This document shows positions 36,321 to 48,366 of a stretch of 64,000 nucleotides of DNA, piece after piece. Source of the stretch: Octopus bimaculoides (lineage: Eukaryota); the NCBI RefSeq assembly GCF_001194135.2, contig NC_069003.1:10353407-10417406 (forward strand), read 5' to 3'. Position numbers and translations under genes: made by a program. Under the pieces are notes generated by a model. That model was not told the DNA's origin and ran no database searches. It saw only the letters and a list, made by a program, of their open reading frames with translations. Numbering within the stretch: position 1 is the stretch's first letter; the number at the start of each line of letters is the position of its first letter.

Positions 36321-36663
36321 ATGCATGCATGATACACACACACACACACATGCAATGGTCTTCTTTCGGTTCTTGTCATGAAATCCATTCACAAGGCTTT
36401 GGTCGACCTTGTGGACTCTATTGTAGGAACACTTACCCAAGGTGCTGCACAATGGGACTGAACTTGAAACCACATGTTGGGAAGTAAACATACCCTGCAC
36501 ATATTTATGTTTAATGAAGAGGCAGGGATTGTCTTTGTGTGTGTATAATACACACAGACACACGCATACACTAATATACATATCAGTCTTCCATGCAGTT
36601 CCATCTACTTTCATTTGTCTTTTATTTATTCTTAATTTTTTTCTTTTTCTTTCTTCCTTTCAG

Positions 36664-36764
36664 ATGTTACTGATCCAGTAGGAGATGTTATGGCTTTCAT
36701 TAATAAATTCAAAGACGATTTTGGTAACACACATCCTGTTTTCTATCAGGGGTCATATAGCCAG
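36664..36764 (+). CDS. FAF2: FAF2 exon 6 (UAS start)
   Basis: ttcAG/GTgagt; VTDPVGDVMAFINKFKDDFGNTHPVFYQGSYSQ. Confidence 0.96.
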
Positions 36765-37340
36765 GTGAGTACAATTGTTTGTTTCTTTGTGTGTGGAAGT
36801 GGAAAAATGTCTGTGTGTGTGTGTGTGTGTGATTTCTATACTTTTAAACATTTTTTTCATGTGAGCTAGAATGTAACAGGAAAGAATCACAAGTTGGATT
36901 CTTCAAACCAGGCCAACTGGCAGGAAGCCTAGGGGTAAACCAAGTGCAAGATGGTCAGCTAATATCCATTGCCTCAGTTGGTCATGCTTGGAAATCCAGT
37001 CGGAAAGTGTAATGATGGCTGCTTCTTACTAAACCTTATGGAAGAGATACCTGAGGACTCTACTCCCTGGGGCCGATTTGTTTGACGAAAGGCGGTGCTC
37101 CAGCATGGCCACAATGTATACACATACACACACACACATACATATATGTGGTTAGGAAGCTTGCTTCCCAGCTACATGGTTTCGGGTTCAGTCCCGCCGC
37201 GTGGCACCTTGGGCAAGTGTCTTCTGCTATAGCCCCGAGCCGACCGAAGCTTTGTGATTGAATTTGGTAGGCAGAAGTTACTGCCGTGTGTGTATATGTC
37301 TGTGTATGTGCTTGTACCTCTCTCCCAGAGAGAGTGAGAG

Positions 37341-37391
<51 letters not shown>

Positions 37392-37610
37392 TTCACAATG
37401 GGCTTCTTCACAGTTTCCTCCTACCATACTCACTCACAAGACATTGGTCATCCTAAAATTATAACAGAAGACATTTGCTCAAGGTGCTGTGCTGTGGGAC
37501 TGAACTCGAATACGCCTGTCTGTACTTGCCTAGAATATTTTTATTTATTTATTTACTTTTATTTTTTATTTGTTATTTTTATTTATTTATTTGTTTTGTA
37601 TCTCTTTCAG

Positions 37611-37639
37611 GCAATCAACGATGCTAAGCGAGAACTGCG
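37611..37639 (+). CDS. FAF2: FAF2 exon 7, 5' part only (cut by gap 37640-37649)
   Basis: ttcAG acceptor; AINDAKRELR then N run; the expected FLLVYLH...FC segment is not visible. Confidence 0.9.
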
Positions 37640-37649
37640 NNNNNNNNNN
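37640..37649. other. Assembly gap inside FAF2 exon 7
   Basis: 10 N directly after codon CGn. Confidence 0.95.
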
Positions 37650-37889
37650 TACTCAGAAAATTGATTTTTTTTTTTTTTTTTTCCTTTCATTGATTTCAGT
37701 CGTTGGATTGGGGCCACACTGGAGCACTACATCCAAGGGGTTTTATACTGACACCACTACTAAGTTTGCTACTTATATAATCAATCTCTATATCAAATGG
37801 CTGAGTTGCAGGTTTTCTTGTAATTCTATGAAAGCAGAACAAAATATTTAACTGTTAAAAAGTAAACCAACTACAACGCTCAAAATTAG

Positions 37890-38942
37890 CCCTTTAGCAT
37901 TCAGATTATTTTTTCAAATGTAATATGTATTTATTCACATTGCTTTGAATTAATCATGAATTGTTTTGTAGCTTATTCCCAGACATCTCTTGAGAAGACC
38001 CTGCCCAAATCAGCGAAACTGAGTTCTAGAAGTGTTGTGTCCCCCACCCACACTTAGCAAGAAAATTTCTCACACCTCTACCACAACAAACCAAACTACA
38101 TCTCTGCATCTCTTCTCTTCATCACATTTCTATTTCATGCCCTGGGCTTAACTCCCACTCCCCAATCCTGTCCTCTTGGCCCTGTGCCATTGTATCATTG
38201 CTCTCCGCTAGCTTCTGACCTATGTGTTCCACTATATCATTGCATATGCCCAGCACTTTGCCACCATCTCTATCCTGCTGTCTCCCTCTCTCTCTCCTTC
38301 TCCTGCACTCCCTTCAGGTTGGGTAACCATGTATTTCCTTTGCAGCAGCTCACCCGTTTCTGTCTTCATTCCTGATCTCTCTCTCTCTCTCTCTCTCTCT
38401 TTCCGGCCGAGTAACCTTGTACCTCCTCTACAGCAAGACACCTGTTTCTGTCTCTCTGCCTCACTATAACCTTTCATCATTCGACACAAGATCACCTCCT
38501 CCACTGCCCCCTCCCCTCTCAAAAGAGTTTTTTTTTAAATTTCTTTTTTGTCTTGCAAGTACTTGGTGACCCTGTCAGTGCAGGTACCTCTTAAAAGCAC
38601 CCAATCCATACTATAAAGTGGTTGGTGTTTTGGAAGGGCATCCAGCTCTAAAAATATTGCCAAAACTGACCTCACCTGTTCTTGTGCCACATAAAAGGCA
38701 CTAAGTCCACTCTGCTGAGTGGTTGATGTTAGGAAGGGCATCCAACTGTAAAAATCCTGTCAAAACAGTCACGGAAGGCGATGTTAAACAACGATGTTTT
38801 GTAGCATCAAACTTTTGATGATGTGACTGTTTATTCTTAGAATGACATTGTAGGGTATATGTGAGAGGCAAGATCTGGCCAGTTTGAACACAAAATAGGC
38901 AGAATATTTTGGCCGGATATGGCCAGTTTAAATGCTGAAGGG
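37890..38942 (+). mobile_element. Family E MITE split by an RTE-type insertion (about 37975-38800)
   Basis: Left half ccctttagcattcag at 37890, right half ending aatgctgaaggg-ttaa. Confidence 0.65.
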
Positions 38943-39189
38943 TTAAACCATCCAGCTCTTTAAAACCAAACTATCTGGTATACCAAAAACCAAACCAACC
39001 AACTATCCAATTCTTGAATGCCTCTCAAATTTTCCGCCTTGCCATCCATGTACTACAAAGAAATTTGTTTGATAGAGAGCAATTTTCTTCTTGTGGAAGG
39101 CAAGGTGTATGTTATGGATTAAATTATGAATATCAAAACATTTTCTTCTGATTTTTTTCAACTGGTTTTTCCTTGTTTGCTTCTTTCAG

Positions 39190-39281
39190 AGAAACGTTAT
39201 GCAATCCTAATGTGGTTAACTTTATCAATTCCAAAGTGTTGTTTTGGGCATGCAATGTCAGCAGTCCCGAGGGATACAGAG
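39190..39281 (+). CDS. FAF2: FAF2 exon 8 (UAS)
   Basis: ttcAG/GTaaga; ETLCNPNVVNFINSKVLFWACNVSSPEGYR vs NTLCAPEVISLINTRMLFWACSTNKPEGYR. Confidence 0.95.
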
Positions 39282-39823
39282 GTAAGACAAAACACTCATT
39301 CTATTGTTGCCATTGTTGTTGTCTTCTGTCTTGATTTGCCAAACCACTAAATTATGGGTTTGTAAACAAATCAAAACTATCAAGAGGTGAAACGCAAATA
39401 TAAACACACACACACATGTGCAGAGCCATATACACACATGCACACACACACATATGATGGGCTTCCACACAGTTTCCGTTCTGCCAAATTCACTCACAGA
39501 ACATTGGTTAGCCTGATACTGTTGTAGAAGACAATGTGCAAGGTACCTCTCAATAGAACCAGACCCCAAAATCACTTGGTTGTAAAACAAACTTTTTAAC
39601 CCCACAACCCCTTATCTTAGATTAAAGTATGTTCTTCTCTATGTAATAGGAATGGAAATAAACATAAGCACAGGCATGGCTGTGTGATAAGAAGTTTGCT
39701 TTCCAACCACGTGGGTCTGGGTTCAGTCCCACTGCATGACACCTTGGGCAAGTGTCTTCTATATCCTTGAGCCAACCAAAGCCTTGTGATTGGATTTAGT
39801 AGATGGAAACTGAAAGAAGCTTG

Positions 39824-39870
<47 letters not shown>

Positions 39871-39910
39871 AGAGTTTTGTAGTTCACTTGAAGCATTGTG
39901 TATTGTTTGT

Positions 39911-40212
39911 AAAGAATAAAAAGTTTTGAATGGTACACCAATGCACTATATTACAAAAAAATGGACTATATACCTGTTGTAATTTGGTTATCTATAGTCC
40001 GATGATATTTCGGAATACAATTCCTTCTTCAGATCTTCTTAGTTTCTGTCTACTAAAGCCAATCACAAAGCTTAGAACATTTAAGAACATCTGAAGAAGG
40101 AATTATATTCCAAAATATCATTGGACTATAGATAACGAAATTACAACAGGTATATAGTCCATATTTTTGTATTATAGTGCATTGTTGCACCATTCAAAAC
40201 TTTTTATTCTTT
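39911..40212. repeat. About 300-bp fold-back (124-130 bp arms) with hammerhead-like core
   Basis: Arms 39911-40034 and 40089-40212, roughly 93% identical by eye. Confidence 0.95.
40001..40035 (-). ncRNA. Minimal type I hammerhead-like motif (Penelope-type)
   Basis: gat CTGAAGA A GGAAT tgt ATTCC GAAA TATC atc; palindromic ATAT in place of stem III. Confidence 0.6.
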
Positions 40213-40602
40213 CTATATATATATCATACACATGTATGTTTGTTTGTCCCTCACCTGTGCTTGACAACCATTGTTGGTGTGTTCGCATCCCCATAACTTA
40301 GCAGTTCAGCAAAAGAGACCAATGGAATAAGTATCAGACTTTAAAACAAAAATGTACTGAGGTCGATCCATTTGACTAAAAAGTTTTTCAAGGTGGTGCC
40401 CCAGCATGGTCACATTCTACTGAAACAAGTAAAAGACAAAAGATAAAACACTGTTATCTCACCAGTCATTTGATAACTTTCATTCCGTATCCGATTGTGA
40501 TGTCTCAATGTTGCTGTCTGACAACTACACTCTGTTGTTAGTTACTCGTTTCTGCTGCACAGACATTTATCAAATATTTCTTCTCTATTTTTCTCATTTC
40601 AG

Positions 40603-40704
40603 TCTCTCGGACCATCCGTGTTATTAAGTATCCTTTCCTGTCCCTTATTGTCTTACGTGAGAACAACAGTATGACTGTTGTGGCTCGGATTGAAGGATTG
40701 GTAG
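40603..40704 (+). CDS. FAF2: FAF2 exon 9 (UAS)
   Basis: ttcAG/GTaagt; VSRTIRVIKYPFLSLIVLRENNSMTVVARIEGLV. Confidence 0.95.
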
Positions 40705-41368
40705 GTAAGTGCACCTCTTTGAATCAGCTTCCTGTTGTTGTTGTTGTTGTTCAGCTCCCTCCTCCTCCTCCTCGGCTGCTGACCACATAGTGATTCTCTT
40801 ACTTGTAAATTTACAGCCAATGTCTCAATGGTATTGACTAATATCTTCCTCTAACATTTCAGTCCTTGTGCCTATTCTAGAAACATTATTTTTTAACATA
40901 CAGACAAGAAAGTAATATTTTGAATGTAGCATGGCTGTGAAAACAACAGAAAGATGGAGTATTTTTTTTTGGTTTTACAGCTGGTTTCCTTTCCTGACAC
41001 CAACCACCCCACGGAGTAGACTGAGTGCTTTTCATGTGGCACCAGCACAGGCATGGTCTTTTACAGTTGGTTGCCCTTCCCAATGTCAACTACTCCACAG
41101 TGTGGATTGAATGCTTTTTACGTGGCACCAGCACTGGCAAAGTCATGAAGTAACTTGCTAGACAAGGATCCTTTGAAAGAAGAGGAGGTGATCATATGTC
41201 AGATGATGAAAGGTTATTACACACATACACACACACACACACACAACGTTTGCTTGCACACAACCTGTTGAACCTTTAGGGCTAAACCATTTACTTTTAA
41301 GGTTTGTTCATTGTACTTCCTGTTATCTTTCTTTTTCCAACCTGATCTCTTTTACTTTGGTATTACAG

Positions 41369-41447
41369 ACTCACAAGAATTAATCCGTAGACTCCAAAGA
41401 GCCATTGAAGTCAATGAACAAGCTGTTACATCAATACGACGAGAACG
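41369..41447 (+). CDS. FAF2: FAF2 exon 10
   Basis: tacAG/GTaagc; DSQELIRRLQRAIEVNEQAVTSIRRER; phase 1 to 2. Confidence 0.9.
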
Positions 41448-43141
41448 GTAAGCACTAATAATCAGTCACCTCTTCCTCTCCTATTTTTCTTGTATTTTTT
41501 ATCAAGCATATTTCGTCATACATGTGTTGATAAGAGGCTTCTTTTGCAACTCTATGGTCTTGGGTTCAGCCCCACTGTGTAGCACCTTGGATGTCTTCTA
41601 ATTCTACTATAGCCCCTGGTTGATTAATGCTTTGTTAGTGGGTTTGATAGACTGAAACTGAATGAAGCTTTTTGGTTTCTTGTGTGTGTGTTTGTGTCTC
41701 TTTGTCCTGATATTGCATGTTAGTTGCAAACAAATGTTACCATCATACAAGCGGTGTCCACACAGCTATATCTGCACCTTTTCATTTTTCATCCTGGGTC
41801 ATTGTTTTCGTTTTTCTCCCAATGGAGGTTAGGGAAAGGGTACAGGCATAGCTACGTGGTTAAGAAGCTCACTTTGCTGCCATGTGCTTTCAGGTTCAGT
41901 GCCACTGTATGGCACCTCAGACAAGTGTCTTCTACTCTAGCACCAGATCAATTTGTGCCTTGTGAGTAGATTTGGTAGGCAAAAACTGTGTAAGAAGCCT
42001 GAAGTCTGTCATAAATATGTTCGTGTGTGTGTGTTTACCACCACAGCTACTTGACAACTGGTGTTCACTTGCTTATATCTCCCCACCCGCCCGTCACACA
42101 CGCTAGTACTTGTTCAGTTGATATCATTTAGCAGTTTGGCAAATGATGCCAACAGAATATGTACCAGATGTAAAAATAAGTACTCGAGCTGATTTGTTCT
42201 AGTAGACCTGGGTCCCTGTGTTTCAGAATAATAACAATAATTCGCCTGAGCTACTGCTTTCCTCAGTGGGAACGCAGCACAACAGGATCAAGCCAGTGCC
42301 CTTGCACTGAAGCACAAGAGTTTAAAAGATAAAGATATGGGTGACAACTATGACTGGTTTGCCTCCCAACTCATCTGTCCTCTCCCATCATCATACCAGT
42401 TCTATAACTGCATTGACTCCAATCATTGTACAAACTGACCAAATGGTTTGAAATAATGTTTACTCTGCTGAGTGGTCAGTGTTAGGGAGGGCGTCCAGCT
42501 GTAAAAATCTTGCCAAAACAGTCACAGAAGTCTGATGCAGGCTTTAGCCTGGCTGGCTATTGTGGTACCACCCATGCTAGCGTGGAACACAGACGTTAAA
42601 CGATGATGATGATTACATACATCATCCATTGCTCGTGTGGTTATTTGTTGAGTGTCTTAGTTGTCACTCAACCTGATAGAAATAACAGCCAGATCTTCCT
42701 CACATTTGATAATTTGAATGCTAAAAGGTTAAACGAAGACATAAACTGTCAGCCATGGCAGTAGTTGAGACCAACATGAAAAACATCACTAGAAACTACT
42801 ATGATCGACCACCAATGACAATCTGTTTGACACATGAGCAGTGGATGATATAAACATTATCTCAAACCATTTGGTAATGTTGTTCGGGATTAAAAGGTTG
42901 AATGGTCATATCTAGTGTGACTTTGATTGTACGTCTGTTTGATCAGAATTAACCTAGAGCTAAGCAAAAACTGTTTGACTACAAACTTGCATGAGTCTCT
43001 ATAGGACCACTTGATCTACAAGAAATAGCATCCAAACCTTCCTCAAACCACTCTACTATCTTTAAAGGGAAAACAAGAGGACACACTTGATGATGATGTC
43101 TTAAATATATTATGGCTGAAAAATAGAGAGGAGACTGTTGC

Positions 43142-43176
<35 letters not shown>

Positions 43177-43184
43177 AAAGAAGG

Positions 43185-43490
43185 CGTGTGGCTTAGTGGT
43201 TAGGGCATTTGGCTCACGATCGTAAGGTCGTGAGTTTGATTTCTGGGAACGTGTTGTGTCCTTGAGCAAGACACTTTATTTTACATTGCTCCAGTTCACT
43301 CAACTGGCAAAAATGAGTAGTACCTGTATTTCAAAGGGCCGACCTTGTCATGCTGAATCTCCTTGAGAACTACGTTAAGGGTACACGTGTCTGTGGATTG
43401 CTCAGTCACTTACACGTTAATTTCATGAGCAGGCTGTTCCGTTGATCGTATCAGCTGGGACCCTCATCGTCATAACTGACGGAGTGCTCC
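43185..43490 (+). mobile_element. SINE with a different head and the family C tail, flanked by 45-bp direct repeats
   Basis: ggcgtgtggcttagtggttaggg head; direct repeats 43101-43145 and 43493-43537. Confidence 0.85.
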
Positions 43491-43637
43491 TTTTAAATAT
43501 ATAATGGCTGGAAAATAGAGAGGAGACTGTTGCAGATGTAGCTCTGGAATTATATAGGTATATGTGTGTGCATATACACACACATGGATGTTGGGGTATG
43601 TAGCACATATATAGGTGTGTAGATTTGTGTGTGTACA

Positions 43638-43857
43638 GCATTCAGACCATTCTGTCAAATGAAATGCTTATTTATTCACATTTGTTTTGAATTAATCATG
43701 CATTATCTCGTAGCTTTGAGATTCAACGATGGGATTGTTTATTTTTAGAACGACATTGTAGGGTAGGTGTGAGAGGCTGAATGTAACCGATTTGAACACA
43801 AAACAGGTAAAAAATATTTTTGCAAAATCTGGCCAGTTTGGATACTAAACAGTTAAT
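43638..43857 (+). mobile_element. Family E MITE
   Basis: Collinear with other E copies, ends degenerate. Confidence 0.75.
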
Positions 43858-43921
43858 AATTCTGAATTCCCCTCCTTCATTTATTCATCATCTTTTCTAT
43901 TTACCCCCATTTCCCTTCCAG

Positions 43922-44003
43922 AGAGCGACGCAACGCTGACAAGGAGTTAAGAGAGCAGCAAGACGAAGCTTACTATGCTTCTCTGAAAGCTGATCAGGAA
44001 AAG
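43922..44003 (+). CDS. FAF2: FAF2 exon 11 (coiled coil)
   Basis: tccAG/GTaaga; ERRNADKELREQQDEAYYASLKADQEK vs LRQQQDEAYLASLRADQEK. Confidence 0.96.
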
Positions 44004-44392
44004 GTAAGACTTATTCTTCTTCTTATATATCATAATCATTGTTTTAACATCCACTTTTCCATGCCTGCATGCATCGGAGCAATCCATTGAAGTAGATTTT
44101 TCTATGGCTGGATGCCCTTTGTGTTGCTTGCCCGTAATTTCATAATCTACTGAACAAAAGACGACCCAGGTATAGTTATGAGTAGTTTTTCTTTACAAAC
44201 ATCACACTATGTCAAGATATTTTGAAAGCCTGTGAACATGCTTTCACGGTTGGCTGCAAGTGTACGAGATAACCTGTAGTAGCGACAGCAGGGCTTACTG
44301 TTTTGTTTGTTGTCAGTGAGCATTTAAAGACAAATATAAACTCACTCATGCAAACATACTCACTGAGAAAGAAAGAGAGAGACATATATACA

Positions 44393-44424
<32 letters not shown>

Positions 44425-44729
44425 TGCGTGTGAATGTGTGTGTATATAAATGCATATGTATGTGTATGTATGTATATATATATATATATATGCATATAAA
44501 TGTGTATATATATGTGTGTGTACGTATATATATGTATGTGTGTGTGTGTGTACGTATATATATATATGTATATATATAAATGCATATATGTGTCTATATA
44601 TATATATATAAATGCATGTGTGTCTATATATATAAATGCATGTGTGTCTATGTATATAAATGTATGTCTGTATATATATAAATGCATGTATGTGTGTGTA
44701 TGTATATATATATGTGTATAAATATATAT

Positions 44730-44767
<38 letters not shown>

Positions 44768-45045
44768 ATGTTTCATTCTTGAGATAAACTATAGCATGTT
44801 GATAGTGGTCATAACTGAAATGCATTAAGTTTCCAGTATATTCCATCTTTTGTCTCTCTTGTTTCTGCTATACTCAACATAACATTGTGGAATTCCTAAT
44901 GTAGATCCAGCAATGATTGTGCAATTACCATGGCTGACACCAGGTAGCCAGTGAATGTGTTTTATACATACACAACTTGTGAATTTTAATTTTAACTTTT
45001 ATATATATTTATTTCTTTTTCATTGCTATTTTTGGTCATGTACAG

Positions 45046-45135
45046 GATAGAAAAAAGCAGGAAGCACAAAGAATTATTGAAGAACAGGAGCTGGAAAAAC
45101 GTGAGCAGGCTGCTGCATCTAACCGCCTGTTGATG
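45046..45135 (+). CDS. FAF2: FAF2 exon 12 (coiled coil)
   Basis: tacAG/GTaagt; DRKKQEAQRIIEEQELEKREQAAASNRLLM; phase 0 to 0. Confidence 0.9.
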
Positions 45136-45205
45136 GTAAGTCATCTGCCTTCCCCTATTCTCACACATCTGGCAAAGGTTTCTTCTTCTTATTATTATTA
45201 TTATT

Positions 45206-45472
45206 AAGGCAGCAAACTGGCAGAATTTTTAACATGCCAGGCGGTGAGCTGGCAGAAACCCTAACACGCCGGGTGAAATGTTTAGCGATATTTCGTCTGC
45301 CGTTACGTTCCGAGTTCAAATTCCGCCGAGGTCAACTTTGCCTTTCATCCTTTCGGGGTCGATAAATTAAGTACCAGTTACACACTGGTGTCGATGTAAT
45401 CGACTTAATCCCTTTGTCTGTGCTTGTTTGTCCCTTCTATGTTTAGCCCCTTGTGGGCAATAAACAAATAAG
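45206..45472 (+). mobile_element. Family B SINE with duplicated head
   Basis: ggcagcaaactggcagaa then ggcggtgagctggcagaa; GTTCAAATTCC B-box; intact core. Confidence 0.85.
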
Positions 45473-45537
45473 CATTTCACCCTTCTTTACATTCTGGGAG
45501 TTCAAAATTCACACTTCACCACTCTCATGTATGTGTG

Positions 45538-45689
45538 TGTAAAAACATTACAAGATATCACAAAAGACTGCTTCTCAGTTTTACGTTCCCTTTTATCGAA
45601 CAGTTGTGATTGAGAACACAACTGTCCGATGAACAGGAACGTGAAACTCTGAGTAGCAGTTTTTTGTGATATTTTTTGATGTTTTTGCA
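45538..45689. repeat. 152-bp fold-back with hammerhead-like core
   Basis: Arms 45538-45608 and 45617-45689, loop ATTGAGAA. Confidence 0.9.
45620..45661 (+). ncRNA. Type I hammerhead-ribozyme-like motif (variant core)
   Basis: aactgt CCGATGA aca ggaa cgt GAAA ctc t gag TA gcagtt: stems I, II and III all foldable. Confidence 0.6.
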
Positions 45690-45799
45690 GCTTTAATAAT
45701 AAAGCATATTACTCTACCTCCTGTATTTTAGTCCTGTTTTTTCCCCCCACCTTATTTCACATTTATGTGCTTACTCTGGTATATGTATGCATGGATAGA

Positions 45800-46150
45800 T
45801 GGTAAGAAGCTTGCTTCCCAATTACATGGTTCTTGGTTCAGCCCCACTGTGGGGCACCTTAGGCAAGTGTCTTCTGCTATAGCCTCAGGCTGACCGAACC
45901 CCTGTGAGTGAATTTAGTAGATGGAACCTGAAAGAAACTTATCTATATGTGTGTGTTTGTCTGTCTGTCTGTTTGTCCCTCACCACCACTTGACAACCGG
46001 TGTTGGTGTGTTTGTGTCCCTGTAAAAGAGACTGATAGAATAAGTACCAGGCTTAAAAAATATAAGTACTTGGGGTCGATTCATTTGACCAAAAATCCAA
46101 GGCTATGCTCCAGCATGGCCGCAGTCTAATGACTGAAACAAGTAAAAAAT
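45800..46150 (+). mobile_element. Family A SINE
   Basis: GGTTCAGCCC B-box-like, gcaccttaggcaagtgtc, tail gactgaaacaagtaaaa. Confidence 0.85.
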
Positions 46151-46171
46151 AAAAACTATATACATATATGT

Positions 46172-46475
46172 GGAGACGCAATGGCCCAGTGGTTAGGGCA
46201 GCGGACCCGCGGTCGGAGGATCGCAGTTTCGATTCCCAGACCGGGTGTTGTGAGTGTTTATTGAGCGAAAACACCTAAAGCACCACAAGGCTCCGGCAGG
46301 GGATGGTGGTGAACCCTGCTGTACTCTTCCACCACAACCTTCTCTCACTCTTACTTCCTGTTTCTTGAGTAACGCTGCGATGGACTGGTGTCCCATCCAG
46401 CTGTGGGGGAACACATACGCCATAGAAACCGGGAAACCAGGCCCATGAGTCTGGCTAGGCTTGAAAAGGGCGCAT
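46172..46475 (+). mobile_element. SINE with family C head and V-SINE-like body
   Basis: gcgatggactggtgtcccatccag...catagaaaccgggaa resembles the V-domain. Confidence 0.8.
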
Positions 46476-46514
46476 AAATAAATTACATATAAACATATAT
46501 TTTAACTTTGACAG

Positions 46515-46658
46515 GAACTTGAAAAGGAGAAGGCTGAAGCCAGACTTTTAATTCCACCTGAACCACCAGCCAATGCTGAAGATACTGTGAGGATAATACT
46601 GACGGTGCCAAGTGGTGCTCACCTGGAGAGACGGTTTAACAAACATACATCTTTAAAA
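46515..46658 (+). CDS. FAF2: FAF2 exon 13 (UBX N-half)
   Basis: gacAG/GTaagc; ELEKEKAEARLLIPPEPPANAEDTVRIILTVPSGAHLERRFNKHTSLK. Confidence 0.95.
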
Positions 46659-46889
46659 GTAAGCTGGCATTTATCACTGACTACCTTAACCATTTTTATA
46701 AATATCTCTCTTCTTTCAATTTTATCGCAATCTCTGTTTTTGCATTGTGCTGGGTATGTAGGAACAAACAGGAGGGGATAGTTGGGGTTTTTTTTTTTTT
46801 TTTTGGTTTTTTTTAGTCAAACTAGGCGTGAAGCATCTTTGGGTACCCTGGTGATGAGACATTTTAGTATGGTGTGTGGTTCTGGGAGG

Positions 46890-47200
46890 GAGAACCCCTC
46901 CTTTGTTTATAAATGACCATGGGATTGCGCCTAGAATGTTACCCTCTGAGGCGTAAGTCCAAGCGAGGTTGTTTATGGAAGACCAGCAGTCACCCATCCA
47001 TGCCAGCCTTCCCTCTCCACACCACCAATGTTATCCAAGGGACAGGCAAAGGCTGATACAGCTTGGCACCAGTGACGTTGCAGCTCATTTCTACAGCTGA
47101 GTGAATTGGAGCAACATGAAATAGTGTCTTGCTCAAGAACACAACATGCAATCTGGTCTGAGAATCGAACTCACTATTTCATAATTGTGAGCCCAATTTG
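46890..47200 (-). mobile_element. Family H SINE
   Basis: Collinear with 34480-34812. Confidence 0.75.
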
Positions 47201-47309
47201 AAACCATTATTATTATTATTTATGGTTTCCTTTCATTATAACTTTATTTCAGCTGCCTTAGTGCTAGGGCACTTTTATTTTGCTATGTACGCTAAAATTG
47301 TCACCACAT

Positions 47310-47600
47310 TTATTCCATTTTAGATAGAGAGTGCTTTCCATAGTGTATGGGCTGTACCCATCAAGGTTATCTTTTGTAGTTCACAGAGATTGGAGTTACC
47401 AGGGAGTTGCTTAATGTACTTCTCAGCTCCCTTCTTTATCATTCCCAACGCACCAATTACTGCTGGTATTATCGTAGCACTAAGCTTCCACATTTTTGTG
47501 ATTTCAATTTGCAGATCTTTATAATGAGAAAGCTTTTCGTATTCATTTCTTGAGACATTTTGATCTTGTGGGACAGACATATCTATTAACAGACAAGTTC
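47310..47600 (-). mobile_element. RLE-type non-LTR retrotransposon C-terminal fragment
   Basis: SVPQDQNVSRNEYEKLSHYKDLQIEITKMWK...PAVIGALG...LQKITLMGTAHTL is the restriction-like endonuclease C-terminus pattern. Confidence 0.85.
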
Positions 47601-47624
47601 CTCTTATTACTACTATTATTATTA

Positions 47625-48074
47625 AGGTGGTGAGCTGGCAGAATCATTAGCACACCAGACGAAATGCTTAGTGGTGTTTCTCCTGTTGCTATGTTCTGAG
47701 TTCAAATTCCCCCAAGGTCAGCTTTGCCTTTCATCCTTTCGAGGTCAATAAATTAAGTACCAGTGAAACACTGGGGTTGATATAATCGACTAGACCCCAC
47801 CCCACAAATTTGAGACTTGTGCCTCCAGTAGAAAGGATTATTATTATTATTATTATTATTATTATAAGGCAGTGAGCTGGCGGAATTGTCAGTAAGCCAG
47901 AAAAAATTGGTCAGCAGCATTTCTTCCATCTTCAGATCCTGTGTTCAAATTCAACCAAGGTTGATTTTGCCTTTCATTCTTTCTGGGTTGGTAAAATAAG
48001 TACCAGTTGAGGACCGGGGTCAATGTAATCAAGTAGCCCTCTCCCCTAAAATTTCAGACATGCTTCACTGCATT
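47625..48074 (+). mobile_element. Two tandem family B SINEs separated by (ATT)n
   Basis: Core seen twice. Confidence 0.82.
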
Positions 48075-48366
48075 NNNNNNNNNNNNNNNNNNNNNNNNNN
48101 NNNNNNNNNNNNNNNNNNNNNNNNNNNNNNNNNNNNNNNNNNNNNNNNNNNNNNNNNNNNNNNNNNNNNNNNNNNNNNNNNNNNNNNNNNNNNNNNNNNN
48201 NNNNNNNNNNNNNNNNNNNNNNNNNNNNNNNNNNNNNNNNNNNNNNNNNNNNNNNNNNNNNNNNNNNNNNNNNNNNNNNNNNNNNNNNNNNNNNNNNNNN
48301 NNNNNNNNNNNNNNNNNNNNNNNNNNNAAATTTGAAACACTTATGATTATTGTTTCCTTGTTTCAG

